From a virus (lineage: Duplodnaviria > Caudoviricetes), in the IMG/VR virus record IMGVR_UViG_3300009149_000037, positions 1 through 58,560 of that record: a stretch of DNA of 58,560 bases. One strand, 5' to 3'. Each line of letters begins with the position of its first letter. Positions within the stretch are counted from its first letter, which is position 1. The position numbers were made by a program, and so were the translations under genes. This document shows positions 1 to 10,746 of this stretch, in pieces. The notes beneath the pieces were generated by a model, which saw only the letters and a list, made by a program, of their open reading frames with translations, had not been told where the DNA came from and did not search any database.

Positions 1-1686
1 AAAGTCTTTGACTCTTCGGGCAAGATGCGAAACCTTGCAGACATCATCGAGAATCTTGAAGATATTACTGATGGAATGTCTGATGAAGTTCGTTCTGCAA
101 CTCTGAGTTTCCTTGGGTTTGAAGCCAGAGTTCAAGCCACTATTCTTCCACTGCTTGGAAGTTCTCAGGCAATCAAAGACTACGAAAAAGCTTTGAGAGA
201 CGCTGGTGGTACCACAGAAGACGTTGCTAAAAAGCAAATGGAATCTTTTGCTTCTCAAATGGAACGCCTCAAGAATCGAGTCAATGTTCTTGGAATCGAA
301 ATTGGTGAGAAGCTTATTCCGTACCTCAACAAACTTGTTGATGCAGTCAAAGCCGGTCTTGACAAATGGAATAATCTGGACGATTCAATTAAAGACGTTG
401 TCATTCAAGTTGGAATCTTCGTAGCAGTCGTTGGTCCAGCACTATTGATTATTGGAAAACTGATTTCTGCTTTGGGGCTTCTGTTAACTCCCTTTGGTCT
501 AATTGCTACTGCAACAGTTTTAGCGGCTGCCGCTTTTCCAGAATTTCGAGAAGAACTAAAAACAACTGTCGTTGAAGCAATCAGGCTTGGAAAAGAGTTA
601 CTCAACATTGTTGGACTTCAAGAAAAACTTGGTCTTGGTAAAAAGTCTGTAATGAAGTTTGGTACTCAAAAAGCAGCTCATAGACTTGACGGTAAAGATA
701 CTCTTGTTGGTGATGATTCTGATCCAAGATTGAAAGCTGAAAAAGCTATTCAAGAAGAAATGGAACAGATGCTGAAAGAGCAGGAGTCTGTGGAAAAAGC
801 TCATAGAGCACAACAGACTCTTAAAGAACTCGAAGCGGAAATGAAGCTAGAAAAGGATCACGCTAAGAAGCTGGAAGCAATGAAAAAGAAAGGTCAAGCA
901 TTAACTGCTCAATTTCTTCCTGAAGAAGAGAAGACAGCTCAGCTCAAACAAGAATACAAAGAGCTTTGGGAGACCGGAAACATTGGAGCAGAAACTTATC
1001 TGAGTGCTCTTGAAGAACTAGAACGTCAATCAAATAAAGATTATCAAATTCATCAATTCGGTATCAGCGATTCTGCTTTGGCTGGTACTTCTGCTGCCTT
1101 CGAAAAGCTTGCTCAATTCGGCGAGTTGAGAGGCAGCATGATTGATAAGACTGGTCCAAGACTTGAAGAATTAAAAACTCAAGAAGCTCAAAGAATCGCT
1201 TTTGATAAAGTAAAGAATCTTGACTCAAACGCTATTACTAACGCTGAAGGAACTTTGGTAGGTGTCGGAAACCCTTCACTTGATCCAAGAGCTTCCTCAG
1301 AAGCATCCATTCAAGATGAAGCGGAAAAGATGCTTGCAGAAAGAATGGCTGATCTTCAACGAATGAACAACGTAGTTAATAAGCAGCCTGCTGTTGAAAG
1401 AGCTATTGCTCAAGAAGTTCCTAACATTCAAGAGCCTTTATCCAGAAGCATACTTGATGGTCCGGGAGAAGGAACAAGAAATATCCGAGATGTCAAAATC
1501 AATAAACCCCTTGATTACCTCTTGGAAGGTGACAAAGTTGCTCAAAGATTTAATCCAGACAACGTAGGCCGTGGAGAATCTTTGTCAATCATACTGACAA
1601 GGCTTGTTGAAATCGCAGAAGAGTCTTTGGAACTTGATAAAAGCAAACCATCACTTGAAGTTGCTGACTCTGGACTATCCAGATAA
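1..1686 (+). CDS. Tail tape measure protein, C-terminal part (5' truncated by window)
   Basis: Frame is open from base 1 (KVFDSSGKMRNLADII). TP901-type segments 'AGGTTEDVAKKQMESFASQMERLKN' and the hydrophobic 'AVVGPALLIIGKLISALG' are present, followed by coiled coil. Confidence 0.9.
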   Translation, partial: KVFDSSGKMRNLADIIENLEDITDGMSDEVRSATLSFLGFEARVQATILPLLGSSQAIKDYEKALRDAGGTTEDVAKKQMESFASQMERLKNRVNVLGIEIGEKLIPYLNKLVDAVKAGLDKWNNLDDSIKDVVIQVGIFVAVVGPALLIIGKLISALGLLLTPFGLIATATVLAAAAFPEFREELKTTVVEAIRLGKELLNIVGLQEKLGLGKKSVMKFGTQKAAHRLDGKDTLVGDDSDPRLKAEKAIQEEMEQMLKEQESVEKAHRAQQTLKELEAEMKLEKDHAKKLEAMKKKGQALTAQFLPEEEKTAQLKQEYKELWETGNIGAETYLSALEELERQSNKDYQIHQFGISDSALAGTSAAFEKLAQFGELRGSMIDKTGPRLEELKTQEAQRIAFDKVKNLDSNAITNAEGTLVGVGNPSLDPRASSEASIQDEAEKMLAERMADLQRMNNVVNKQPAVERAIAQEVPNIQEPLSRSILDGPGEGTRNIRDVKINKPLDYLLEGDKVAQRFNPDNVGRGESLSIILTRLVEIAEESLELDKSKPSLEVADSGLSR

Positions 1687-1702
1687 CTGGAGCTGATCAT
1701 AA

Positions 1703-2875
1703 ATGACTGCGACTTTAATAGATGGCCAAAGAGCGTGGGCTTCCAATCGAGATGAGAGGGAAGGTCATCGGTTCTATGAAATCTCTCATCTAGTAAGAAC
1801 CACGACTGCCTTAGATGGTCCTGCAACTGTTATGCAGACGCCTGGGCTTCCCACAATTGGTAGTACATGGAACTTTGACAACGACATAGATGTGTGGGCG
1901 TTCTGCACTCCCTACATGCGAGTCTCAGTTCACAAAGAGAAGGAAGGTGATCCTGCCAAAATCTGGAAGGTCGATCAGAAATTTACTACTGCTCGACCAT
2001 CATTCCAGAAATGTCAGGATACTACGATTGAGAATCCTTTACTTGAACCTCAAAGGGTTTCAGGCTCTTTTGTCAAGTACACAGAAGAAGCAGTTCTTGA
2101 CCGTTACGGAAACGCAATCACTAATTCCGCACATGAATTGTATCGTGGTCCCAACGTCGAGTTTGATGCTTCAAGACCAACGGTCAGTATTGGCCAGAAC
2201 GTATTGAATCTCGGCCTTGCTACTTTTTCTGACATGATCAATAAGGTCAATTCAGTTCCTCAATGGGGTTTACCAGTCCGAACAATCAAACTCTCTAATG
2301 TCTCTTGGACTCGCAATGTCTATGGCGTCTGTTTCTTCTATTACACCAGAGACTTTGAATTTGATATTCGCTATGACACCTTTGATCGAAGCTTACTTGA
2401 CGAAGGTTCAAAAGCTCTCAATGGTGAATTCAATCAAACAGATGGTGGCTGGGATTTAATTGATATCAATGGAGCAGCTCCAGACCCTGGAAATCCAGAA
2501 CACTTCATCCGAATCAAAGACCGTCGAGATGAGAATATCAGAACGCCTCTTTGTAAAGGTATTCCCGGTGGAGCTTCTACGGTTCTAATCAACAACGCAG
2601 CAGCGGTTGATAAAGGTGATGGGACAGTTGGCATTCCTATTACTGGGCACACAATATCTGTAGGAGATGCTGTCACCATTTCTGGATCACTGAATTACAA
2701 CGGCAAATTTACGGTTATCAGTACTTCAGCAAATGAAATTGTGATCACTGCGACTTATGTAGCGGAAACTTTTGCTGGAACTGAAAGAGTCACGACATGG
2801 TCGGTCTGTTACATTCAAGTTGAGAAGTATGAAGAAGCCAATTTCTTCGACTTAGGAATTCCAATCACTCTCTAA
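1703..2875 (+). CDS. Putative distal tail/baseplate hub protein
   Basis: Directly follows the tape measure gene. Beta-rich, with a C-terminal 'GHTISVGDAVTISGSLNYNGKFTV' module seen in phage tail proteins. Confidence 0.6.
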   Translation: MTATLIDGQRAWASNRDEREGHRFYEISHLVRTTTALDGPATVMQTPGLPTIGSTWNFDNDIDVWAFCTPYMRVSVHKEKEGDPAKIWKVDQKFTTARPSFQKCQDTTIENPLLEPQRVSGSFVKYTEEAVLDRYGNAITNSAHELYRGPNVEFDASRPTVSIGQNVLNLGLATFSDMINKVNSVPQWGLPVRTIKLSNVSWTRNVYGVCFFYYTRDFEFDIRYDTFDRSLLDEGSKALNGEFNQTDGGWDLIDINGAAPDPGNPEHFIRIKDRRDENIRTPLCKGIPGGASTVLINNAAAVDKGDGTVGIPITGHTISVGDAVTISGSLNYNGKFTVISTSANEIVITATYVAETFAGTERVTTWSVCYIQVEKYEEANFFDLGIPITL

Positions 2876-2898
2876 CTTTTCCTCAGGGAGAAATAGCA

Positions 2899-3282
2899 AT
2901 GGCGAATGAAGCTCAACTTCATATCAGTCTTCGAATCAATAATCCTACTTCCAAATTCGAAGCTCAAAGTACAAATACTTCTTACACAGTAGACGTTGCA
3001 GGTTCTAGTGGACCAGTTCCGGGAATGGTAGTAGCAACAACCGCTGGACTCGACGTTGCTTTTACTGGATTGACTGTTCCTACATGGTGCGTTCTCAAAA
3101 ATCTGGATTCAACGAACTTTGTTGAGTACGGAATCTGGGATGGAGCAACTTTTCATGAATTGGGAGAACTGCCGCCTCTCAGTAAGCCTCAAATCATCAA
3201 GCTTTCAAGAAACATGACTGGCTTTCGTCTCAAAGCTGACACTGCTTCGTGCGACGTTTCTGTTGAGGCATACGAATTGTAA
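2899..3282 (+). CDS. Putative virion structural protein
   Basis: Good RBS (AGGGAG), beta-rich 127 aa, tail-module position. Confidence 0.5.
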   Translation: MANEAQLHISLRINNPTSKFEAQSTNTSYTVDVAGSSGPVPGMVVATTAGLDVAFTGLTVPTWCVLKNLDSTNFVEYGIWDGATFHELGELPPLSKPQIIKLSRNMTGFRLKADTASCDVSVEAYEL

Positions 3283-3307
3283 ATTTTCACTTAAGACTGG
3301 AGCAATT

Positions 3308-3484
3308 ATGAACAAGAACGTCGATGGACTCGTCTTTTACCAATCAAAAGAATTTCAAGCTTTGTGTAAACGGTTTGGAATAGACTGGGAAAAGAGAACA
3401 ACTAAGTTACAAATCACTATTGACATTAACTCAATTGTTACTGTTATTCAAAATTACAATGCGGAAAACATTGTTGAACCCTAA
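3308..3484 (+). CDS. Hypothetical protein
   Basis: GACTGGAGC RBS then ATG at 3308. Confidence 0.55.
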   Translation: MNKNVDGLVFYQSKEFQALCKRFGIDWEKRTTKLQITIDINSIVTVIQNYNAENIVEP

Positions 3485-3515
3485 CACTTAAAATCCTCTA
3501 AGACTGGAGCGTCTG

Positions 3516-3959
3516 ATGAGTGAACTGGCTGCCGAGAATAATCCACCATGCCATCTAGTAACGATTGAGCAGGTGTATTATCAAATGCCTTATGAAGAAC
3601 CTGAAGGGATTGATTCCCGAAGCTCTCACATGGTTTTTTCGGAAGAGGAACCCTTTATCAAAAGGAAAACTCTTTCAAATAATTGGGAGAAGCTTCCAAC
3701 AGGTTCCATTCAAGGTCAAGGCACTGTTGTTATTCAAAACGAAGTGCAACATCCTTCTCAAATACCAACTCCAGAGCAGAAATTGGAGCTTGAAAACCGC
3801 ATTATTGAAGTCTCTTGGGGCATCGAAATAGATAATCAGATTGCTTTGATAATTAGACCAGGTCATACGTGCCGATTTGAAGCTTTTGATCTTTCTGAAA
3901 TCTATTTACGCTCAAAAAATGCTCCATTGAGTTGCCGAATTTATGTTTTTCCTTCCTGA
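3516..3959 (+). CDS. Hypothetical protein (possible structural)
   Basis: GACTGGAGC RBS; 147 aa ORF in the tail operon. Confidence 0.55.
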   Translation: MSELAAENNPPCHLVTIEQVYYQMPYEEPEGIDSRSSHMVFSEEEPFIKRKTLSNNWEKLPTGSIQGQGTVVIQNEVQHPSQIPTPEQKLELENRIIEVSWGIEIDNQIALIIRPGHTCRFEAFDLSEIYLRSKNAPLSCRIYVFPS

Positions 3960-3971
3960 TTGGGCTTTGTC

Positions 3972-4655
3972 ATGTCACTAAGAGATTTTTCAGATGAAGA
4001 CATGGCAGAATTAGCTGCCGTTATCAAAGAAAGGAAGGCATCAAGAGGCAATTCCAAGAGCACTGCCAGAGCGGGAGACTCTTTCAACGAGAATACTGAC
4101 CATCAAGCACCAGAAGTCTTTATGGCTTTGACTCCAACAGGCGGAATTCCTGCAATTGATGGAGTTATTCCCGGTTCTGCGGTCTGCGATTTATATAGAA
4201 CAACTGGAGCTTTTGGTTCAGAGACACTTGAAGAGATGGTAGGAATTTCAAAAACCGTCTTCAACATTTCAGCAACGGCAATTGCTGCTGATATTTACGT
4301 TTTAATCAAGCGAACCAAGCAAGGAAAATGGGTTGCAGAAACTGGTGGGTCAGGTGGAGATGGTTCAGTATCAATCTGGTTCACTGTTGATGCAACTGGC
4401 TGTGATGATATTGGAAGATATTTGATAGTTACTCCCAATAGAATTGCTCCACCATGCACAGTCGTCCCTGGAGAAGATGAATATGGTCTCATCTATGTTT
4501 ATGATGACGGTTTTCTTTGTATCCTCAATGAATTCACAAACGCAGAACTCTTAGGACTCAATGGAAAAGCCACTTACGCAAGTGACGTAGACCAAAGCTA
4601 TGGATGCCTCAAAGGTTGGACGCTCGATGGTCTCTGTGATACAGGTAATTGTTAA
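3972..4655 (+). CDS. Tail-associated protein with Cys-containing C-terminal domain
   Basis: ORF coupled (TAATG) to the next gene. Gly linker GGSGGDG, then a DEYG/Cys-containing domain. Confidence 0.55.
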   Translation: MSLRDFSDEDMAELAAVIKERKASRGNSKSTARAGDSFNENTDHQAPEVFMALTPTGGIPAIDGVIPGSAVCDLYRTTGAFGSETLEEMVGISKTVFNISATAIAADIYVLIKRTKQGKWVAETGGSGGDGSVSIWFTVDATGCDDIGRYLIVTPNRIAPPCTVVPGEDEYGLIYVYDDGFLCILNEFTNAELLGLNGKATYASDVDQSYGCLKGWTLDGLCDTGNC

Positions 4656-6193
4656 TGAGTGGTGTTAATACAATCGGTGGATCAAGAGACCGTAGCAACT
4701 GCAACTACGGAATCACAGAATCTTCGTGTCCTGATCCAGATGCTTATTGTTGTTCCCTTTCTCCATGCTGTCTCTGTATCAAATACACAACAGCCAATGG
4801 AGAAATTACTAACGCTGAAGCTTGCCGAGACCCACTTGATAACGACACAACAATTCCTTCCTACACAACTGAAATCTATGCAGGCACAATCGTTCTTGAG
4901 TGGGCCAAAGACCAATATGGAAACTGCGAATTTGTAGTTACATATCTCGGAGTAGTCATTGCCAGACTCGACGTTTGTACGGAACAATTCTGTAAGAGTC
5001 CAGAAGGTTCTGTAGAATTAGAAAACGGCGATGTCATTGAATGGTACACATATCTCAAGCCTAGACGTCAAGTGATGAAAGGCTCTGCTGGCTGCGAGGA
5101 AGTTCCTTGCCTTGCCTGTACGTGCCTCTGTGATCGTCTCTGCATGATCTGGCGTAGAGATACAGGATACGCAACTGATTTACCTTGCGAGTATTGCGAT
5201 GTAGTCTGCGATTCTGTTTTAGCAGAAATGCCACTTGATGAAGATTGTGTTGGAGGCGGAGTTGTCTGGGGACCAATTATCTTTGAGCCAAACTGCTCTG
5301 ATAACATTGGGCCAGTCTCTGTATCAGTTGCTCTCGGAACAGACGAATATGGTAATTGCGAACTGAAGCTAATCGTTGATGGTGAAGAAAGAGCAACTCT
5401 GGAAGTTGATGAAGCGGGAGAAGCCTGCAAGAACGTAAACCTTTCAGCTTCTTACATTGATGATACAGGTTGCGTCGTCACTGTCGTTGTGGAGTGTAAG
5501 AAGTGTGGCGATCCTTGTTTCCCAACTATCAATGGTTGCGGTAAAGGTTGCTGCTTCACGGATAGAGACTGCTTCGACATTTCAAATCATATCGACACAA
5601 TCCCCTTCATGATTGAAGGTCTGGCTGGACTACCAACAGTCTATGGAGACTTTGTTCAATCGGGAACAGGCGTTAGAAGTCACTGTGGTCGTTGCGGTTG
5701 TCTTGAAGCTCTCATCACTGATAGTTCTACAAGATTTGGAATCTCATTCTTAGGCCAACAATGTTTAGGTGGATTTGCTACTTCTTGTGGCAAGGTATTC
5801 CACTTTGCTTTGAGTTGTGAAACAGACGTGACTGGAGATGCCGCAGAATCTGGATACAACGAAATAGACACTTGTGCTTCCAGGTTGCGATTACTTGTAG
5901 GAACTTCAACAACTCCTGGATTTTCAGGCACAATCAGAGATGAAACAGGCTGCGTCTTATTTGATCCACAATATCCTCATGTCTCTCTTCCCTTTGATAC
6001 TGTCTCTTGCAGTCCTGATGGCTTAACTGGCTCTGTCAGCCTTGACTCTGTTACTCTTCTGGAATGTGAACAAGAGGCTTATGCCGTCTGCGAGAGTCCA
6101 CCAAATCCTTCTGAGATATTTTCTGATAATTGCTGTGAGCTATTTACACCTCAACCTTTTGCTGGTGCTACGTTGACTCTTCTACTTCCTTAA
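4655..6193 (+). CDS. Cysteine-rich, acidic putative tail fibre/receptor-binding protein
   Basis: About 45 Cys in about 512 aa by manual count. Internal repeat KDQYGNCEF / TDEYGNCEL. Lies at the end of the tail module. Confidence 0.55.
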   Translation: MSGVNTIGGSRDRSNCNYGITESSCPDPDAYCCSLSPCCLCIKYTTANGEITNAEACRDPLDNDTTIPSYTTEIYAGTIVLEWAKDQYGNCEFVVTYLGVVIARLDVCTEQFCKSPEGSVELENGDVIEWYTYLKPRRQVMKGSAGCEEVPCLACTCLCDRLCMIWRRDTGYATDLPCEYCDVVCDSVLAEMPLDEDCVGGGVVWGPIIFEPNCSDNIGPVSVSVALGTDEYGNCELKLIVDGEERATLEVDEAGEACKNVNLSASYIDDTGCVVTVVVECKKCGDPCFPTINGCGKGCCFTDRDCFDISNHIDTIPFMIEGLAGLPTVYGDFVQSGTGVRSHCGRCGCLEALITDSSTRFGISFLGQQCLGGFATSCGKVFHFALSCETDVTGDAAESGYNEIDTCASRLRLLVGTSTTPGFSGTIRDETGCVLFDPQYPHVSLPFDTVSCSPDGLTGSVSLDSVTLLECEQEAYAVCESPPNPSEIFSDNCCELFTPQPFAGATLTLLLP

Positions 6194-6207
6194 TAACAAT
6201 TGCATAA

Positions 6208-9060
6208 TTGACTAGAGCCAATGTGCCAAAGGTTATTGAATTTCGACCATTCTACATTGGGAATAAAGCAGGCTCACGTTCTGAGTTTGTCTTTGAGCCT
6301 AAACTGAAAGAATGGATTGGACCAGATTCAAGCCTCATTAGACAAAATGGCTGGCATCTTTCTCAAGGTGATTCAGCGATTCCTTGCGAGCATACAGGCA
6401 CGGGAGCAAAGTGCGGCGAATGGGATTTTCCAGAACTATTACTTCCACCCGAAGATATCGTTAAAGGTAAACGCAAAACAGCAAGAAACCGCTCAAGACA
6501 ATCTACAACTAAACGAACCAAAGCCAGAGTTCACTCAAGAAAAGTTATTGTTCCGGGAGTAGGTTCCTGCATGGTGGAACTTATTTCAAACTTCTTTTCT
6601 ATCAAAGATTCCAGCGGCTGCAACTGTAAAGCCTACGCTTCCAAAATGGATAAATGGGGGCCAGAAGGTTGCGAACTTCATCGAGAAGAAATCATCAATC
6701 ATCTAGCCAAGAATACAGAAATTCTTCGGAAGGGAATTCAAGACCTCAACATTCCTGGTTGCGGCTTACTTTCAAAACTCGCCGGCACTTCCGCTGCAAT
6801 TCCTCTTCTCAAGATTGGAGCGAATTGGTTACTCACTAAAGCAATCTCCAGTCACAAATCGAAGAAAGAAGCAGCGACAAAGGTTGGTCCCAAAGATGCG
6901 ATCAAATGGATTGAACCAAATCCTTTGAACCTGACTCGGAATCTTGCAATTCATGTCTTCCCGGTCATTGGCAAATGGGAATGGCTCATTGAAGCTCTTA
7001 AAGACAAGACTCATCTTTTCAATGGTCGTAAGCTTGTCTCAATCGTCACTTCTAAAGGCGATTCTGTACGCTTCAAAAACCGAACGATCAGACTTCAAAA
7101 TCCTGAAACAGTCGCTGCTCAATTTCGAGAACTTGGCTTTGAGGTTTCTCTCAGGGAAAACTCGGTGAGGACGGGTGAGTTTGTTTCGTTTGCTCCAATG
7201 GTCAAAGAGCTTTACTCAACTGACCCTTCCCAAGTCACTTTGTACTTACACAGCAAAGGTTCAAAGCATCCAGACAATGAATTTCGATCTATTACAAAAT
7301 GGAATGAAACGATGTTGTCTGTCTTGCTTGATATTGAATCGGTCACAGCGAGTTTCAGCAGAGGCAATGATTTAGTTGGAGCGTTGGGTGGAGATGTTTT
7401 TGGTGATGGCAATGTTCCAATGGGGTCATTCTACTGGTTTAGAAATTCGACTGGTGAAGCAACAGTCACTCCTCACAAGAATCCTTTCTTCACTTCAGAG
7501 AGTTGGCCATCCAAGATATTCAATCAAGAGTATCTCTTAGGTGCAGTCGATGGAAGCAGACCATTCAAGCAACTCTATACAGCAAACTTCTGGGATAATG
7601 GTGAAGGTTCTGACAGACTCAAGAGATTCAATTCTCAAAGAGTCCATAGTATCGAAGAACCAAAAATCACTTTGATTACTCCAACAGGCGATCGACCAGA
7701 AGCTTTCAGACTCTGCGAGAAATGGATATCTCAACAAACTCTAAAACCTTTTGAGTGGATCGTCATTGACGATGGCGAAGTTCCTACTCAAATCACTCAA
7801 GGTCAAAACTACATCAGGCGACAAGGTAGAAAGAGTTCAGAACATACTCTTCCAGACCAGATGCTTGAAGCTCTCAAGTATGTGACTGGAGATTTTGTAA
7901 TCATGATCGAAGACGATGACTACTATCATCCAGAGTATCTTCAATTGATGGTTCAACAATTACAAACAGCGGAGCTTGTCGGAGAAGTTGGCGCTCGATA
8001 CTACTACCTTCCAACTGCAACTTTCAGACACTACACAGAACACACTCATAGCAGTTTCTGCCGAACAGGTTTCAGAAAGAATGTCATCCCACTGCTTTCA
8101 GAAATCTGTAAGGCTTCAAACGAGTCTTTGGATATCAATCTTTGGGAACAATGGACTGGAACCAAACAGCAGCAGTGGAAATCTACGACGATTGGTTGCA
8201 TTGGTATCAAAGGAATGCCTGGTCGAAAATCCCATAATAAGATCAGACCAGAAATTGATGATCACAATCTCAAGACGCTGAAGCAATGGTGTCCCGATTG
8301 GAATGACTACTTACCCTTCTTGAAACCTATCAAAAATCGAGTGGAAGAGACGGGAACACTCTTCAGTATTCTTCTCAGGGAGTATGACCGATTCAGGCCA
8401 GTCTCTGCTGACTCAAGATTTGATCGTCAACTATTAACTGATTCCAAAGAAGTCAAAGTTCAAGGATGGAATATCAATCCAGTCAAACACACTCCAAGTG
8501 ATCCTAAGCAATCAAGACATTTGAAGATTCTTGCTACTCAATCTTTTCCAGATGCTGATTGGATTCTTTATCATGATGCTCAACTTCAATTGAAGTGTAG
8601 TCCCTCATTCTGGTTTGATTGGGTACGTTCTCAAGGTGAAGCAGACATTTACTTTTATCATCATCATCAAAGGCATTGTGTCTACAAAGAAGCTAAAGAG
8701 GTGATGAAGATTCGAAAAGATAAGCCTCAAAATGTTCAACCTCAAATTGCTCGATACGCAAGCCAGAAGATTCCTGAAAACCTTGGATTGTATCTCGGTG
8801 GATTACACATTCGACGAAATACAGAAGCTGTAAAAGCCTTCGAAGAAATCTGGTGGCGTGAAGTTAAACGCGGTTCAGTCAGAGACCAGATTTCTTTGCC
8901 CGTCGCTCTTAGAGAAAGTGGCGTCAAGTTTTTAGCTTTACCGCCAATGTCATGGACTCAACATTTTCAAAGATATACTCACCTCACGAATACTCCAGTC
9001 ATTGAAAATATGTCGGCGAATGATATTCGTGTCTGGGAAAACTTTAAGAAAACGAAGTAA
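6208..9060 (+). CDS. Multidomain glycosyltransferase (Cys-motif N-region + GT-A-like + GT2 + DUF616-like)
   Basis: GT2 motifs 'ITLITPTGDRPE..EWIVIDDG..MIEDDDYY'; upstream GT-like 'YLHSKG'; C-terminal DUF616-like 'HHQRHCVYKEA..RDQISLP'; N-terminal 'CNC..MDKWGPEGC'. Confidence 0.8.
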   Translation: MTRANVPKVIEFRPFYIGNKAGSRSEFVFEPKLKEWIGPDSSLIRQNGWHLSQGDSAIPCEHTGTGAKCGEWDFPELLLPPEDIVKGKRKTARNRSRQSTTKRTKARVHSRKVIVPGVGSCMVELISNFFSIKDSSGCNCKAYASKMDKWGPEGCELHREEIINHLAKNTEILRKGIQDLNIPGCGLLSKLAGTSAAIPLLKIGANWLLTKAISSHKSKKEAATKVGPKDAIKWIEPNPLNLTRNLAIHVFPVIGKWEWLIEALKDKTHLFNGRKLVSIVTSKGDSVRFKNRTIRLQNPETVAAQFRELGFEVSLRENSVRTGEFVSFAPMVKELYSTDPSQVTLYLHSKGSKHPDNEFRSITKWNETMLSVLLDIESVTASFSRGNDLVGALGGDVFGDGNVPMGSFYWFRNSTGEATVTPHKNPFFTSESWPSKIFNQEYLLGAVDGSRPFKQLYTANFWDNGEGSDRLKRFNSQRVHSIEEPKITLITPTGDRPEAFRLCEKWISQQTLKPFEWIVIDDGEVPTQITQGQNYIRRQGRKSSEHTLPDQMLEALKYVTGDFVIMIEDDDYYHPEYLQLMVQQLQTAELVGEVGARYYYLPTATFRHYTEHTHSSFCRTGFRKNVIPLLSEICKASNESLDINLWEQWTGTKQQQWKSTTIGCIGIKGMPGRKSHNKIRPEIDDHNLKTLKQWCPDWNDYLPFLKPIKNRVEETGTLFSILLREYDRFRPVSADSRFDRQLLTDSKEVKVQGWNINPVKHTPSDPKQSRHLKILATQSFPDADWILYHDAQLQLKCSPSFWFDWVRSQGEADIYFYHHHQRHCVYKEAKEVMKIRKDKPQNVQPQIARYASQKIPENLGLYLGGLHIRRNTEAVKAFEEIWWREVKRGSVRDQISLPVALRESGVKFLALPPMSWTQHFQRYTHLTNTPVIENMSANDIRVWENFKKTK

Positions 9061-9083
9061 CAAAAACTTGACTGGAGCTACTC

Positions 9084-9761
9084 ATGTCTGCAATGCAATG
9101 GTCTTATGGAATTACAACAGTTCCTTCAAGACTACACACAACGTTTCCAAGAACTCTTAAATCACTTGCTAACACAGGATTTGACAAACCTCACTTGTTT
9201 GTTGATGGATGTTCAGATTCAGATAAGTATCTGAATTGCTCCAGCCATGGAATCACACTTCATCATCCAGCTCTCAGAACCGTTGGTAATTGGGTTGCAG
9301 CACTCTGGGAACTCTATTGCAAGAACCCAGACGCCCATCGGTATGCAATCTTTCAAGACGATTTAGTGACCTGTCTTTCTCTCAGGGAATACTTGGAAAA
9401 GTGCCCCTACATCACTAACACTTATCTCAATCTGTTTACTGCTCTAGCAAATCAATCAAGTCATGAAGGCTGGTACTTCTCAAATCAAAAAGGTCTGGGA
9501 GCAGTCGCACTCGTCTTTGATAATCAAACAGCAATTAAACTTCTGAAGAGTCCAAAGCTGATTGATAAACCTAAAAGCTCAAAAGGTCACAAAGCAATTG
9601 ATGGAGCAATCATTGATGCTCTCAAAGATTCTGGTGTCAAAGAATTAGTTCACAATCCTTCTCTTGTACAACACACAGGAGAAGTCACTTCAATCGTTGG
9701 TAACAAGCAACATCCAATTTCCTCATCATTCCCTGGAGAAGATTATGACCTTCTCAAATGA
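9084..9761 (+). CDS. GT-A fold glycosyltransferase
   Basis: 'GITTVPSR', DxD-like 'IFQDD', C-terminal 'PSLVQHTG'. Confidence 0.75.
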   Translation: MSAMQWSYGITTVPSRLHTTFPRTLKSLANTGFDKPHLFVDGCSDSDKYLNCSSHGITLHHPALRTVGNWVAALWELYCKNPDAHRYAIFQDDLVTCLSLREYLEKCPYITNTYLNLFTALANQSSHEGWYFSNQKGLGAVALVFDNQTAIKLLKSPKLIDKPKSSKGHKAIDGAIIDALKDSGVKELVHNPSLVQHTGEVTSIVGNKQHPISSSFPGEDYDLLK

Positions 9762-10746
9762 GAGGATTGGATTGATTGGCTATCACTGTGCTTCTGGTTT
9801 AGGCGAGAAGAATCGTCAGATGGCAACTTATCTGGATATTGATACGTGGCTCATCAAACCCCATAAACATTATCCAACTCTGCCGCTACACGAAGATGTT
9901 GATTCAATTATCTGTCCAACAGGTCGTTCAATAAAGCTTGAAGGATTTCTTAAAGCAGTTGATACAGTTCTCTTCGATGAAACTCCTTACTACCCAAACA
10001 TCACTCATCGAATCAAAGAAGCTAATAAGCGAATTGTTTGTATCGCCTGTATGGAGTGGATGCCCATAGAAGGAACTCCGTGGCTTAAAGATGTGGACCT
10101 TTTCATCTGCCCTACCAGACACTGCTATGACCTTTATCGAAAGGAGTTACCTTGTATCTACTTTCCCTGGCCTGTTGATACTCAGCGGTTTCAATTCAGG
10201 GAAAGGTCTGTCTGTGAGAGGTTTCTGTTTCTCAATGGAAGAGGGGGTTGGAAAGGTCGAAAAGGAGCTTCAGTAATCAATGAGACAATCTCTCTATGGC
10301 CTGAGATTCCTTTAGACATTATCAGTCAGGGCAGATGGGAAGGTTCTACAGGCCCTAATACTAGAATTCTCAAATCACCAATCAACAATGCAAACCTCTA
10401 CAAGACAAGTGACGTTTTAGTCTCCCCCCATTTCATGGATGGCACAGGCTTAGAGCAGATGGAAGCGATGGCTTCAGGCTTACCTGTCATTAACACAGAT
10501 GGTAGACCTTGGAACGAATTACCCTCAATCGCCTTTATCAACTCAACAGTCTCCACTATCAAAGTCAAAAGACAAATTGACTGGCATATTCCTTCCGCGA
10601 AGCATCTAGTAGAAATCTGCAAGTCACTTCTCAATCAAGACATTTTCAAAGAGTCCAGAGAAGCTAAAGAATGGGCAGACTCAAGGAGCTTTGATAAACA
10701 CTCTTCAACTCTCAATGACCTTATCCGAAAAGGAAAGCCAGAATGA
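9745..10746 (+). CDS. GT-B (GT4-like) glycosyltransferase
   Basis: 'DGTGLEQMEAMASGLPVI' E/D-x7-E motif; start reassigned to ATG 9745. Confidence 0.85.
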   Translation: MTFSNERIGLIGYHCASGLGEKNRQMATYLDIDTWLIKPHKHYPTLPLHEDVDSIICPTGRSIKLEGFLKAVDTVLFDETPYYPNITHRIKEANKRIVCIACMEWMPIEGTPWLKDVDLFICPTRHCYDLYRKELPCIYFPWPVDTQRFQFRERSVCERFLFLNGRGGWKGRKGASVINETISLWPEIPLDIISQGRWEGSTGPNTRILKSPINNANLYKTSDVLVSPHFMDGTGLEQMEAMASGLPVINTDGRPWNELPSIAFINSTVSTIKVKRQIDWHIPSAKHLVEICKSLLNQDIFKESREAKEWADSRSFDKHSSTLNDLIRKGKPE

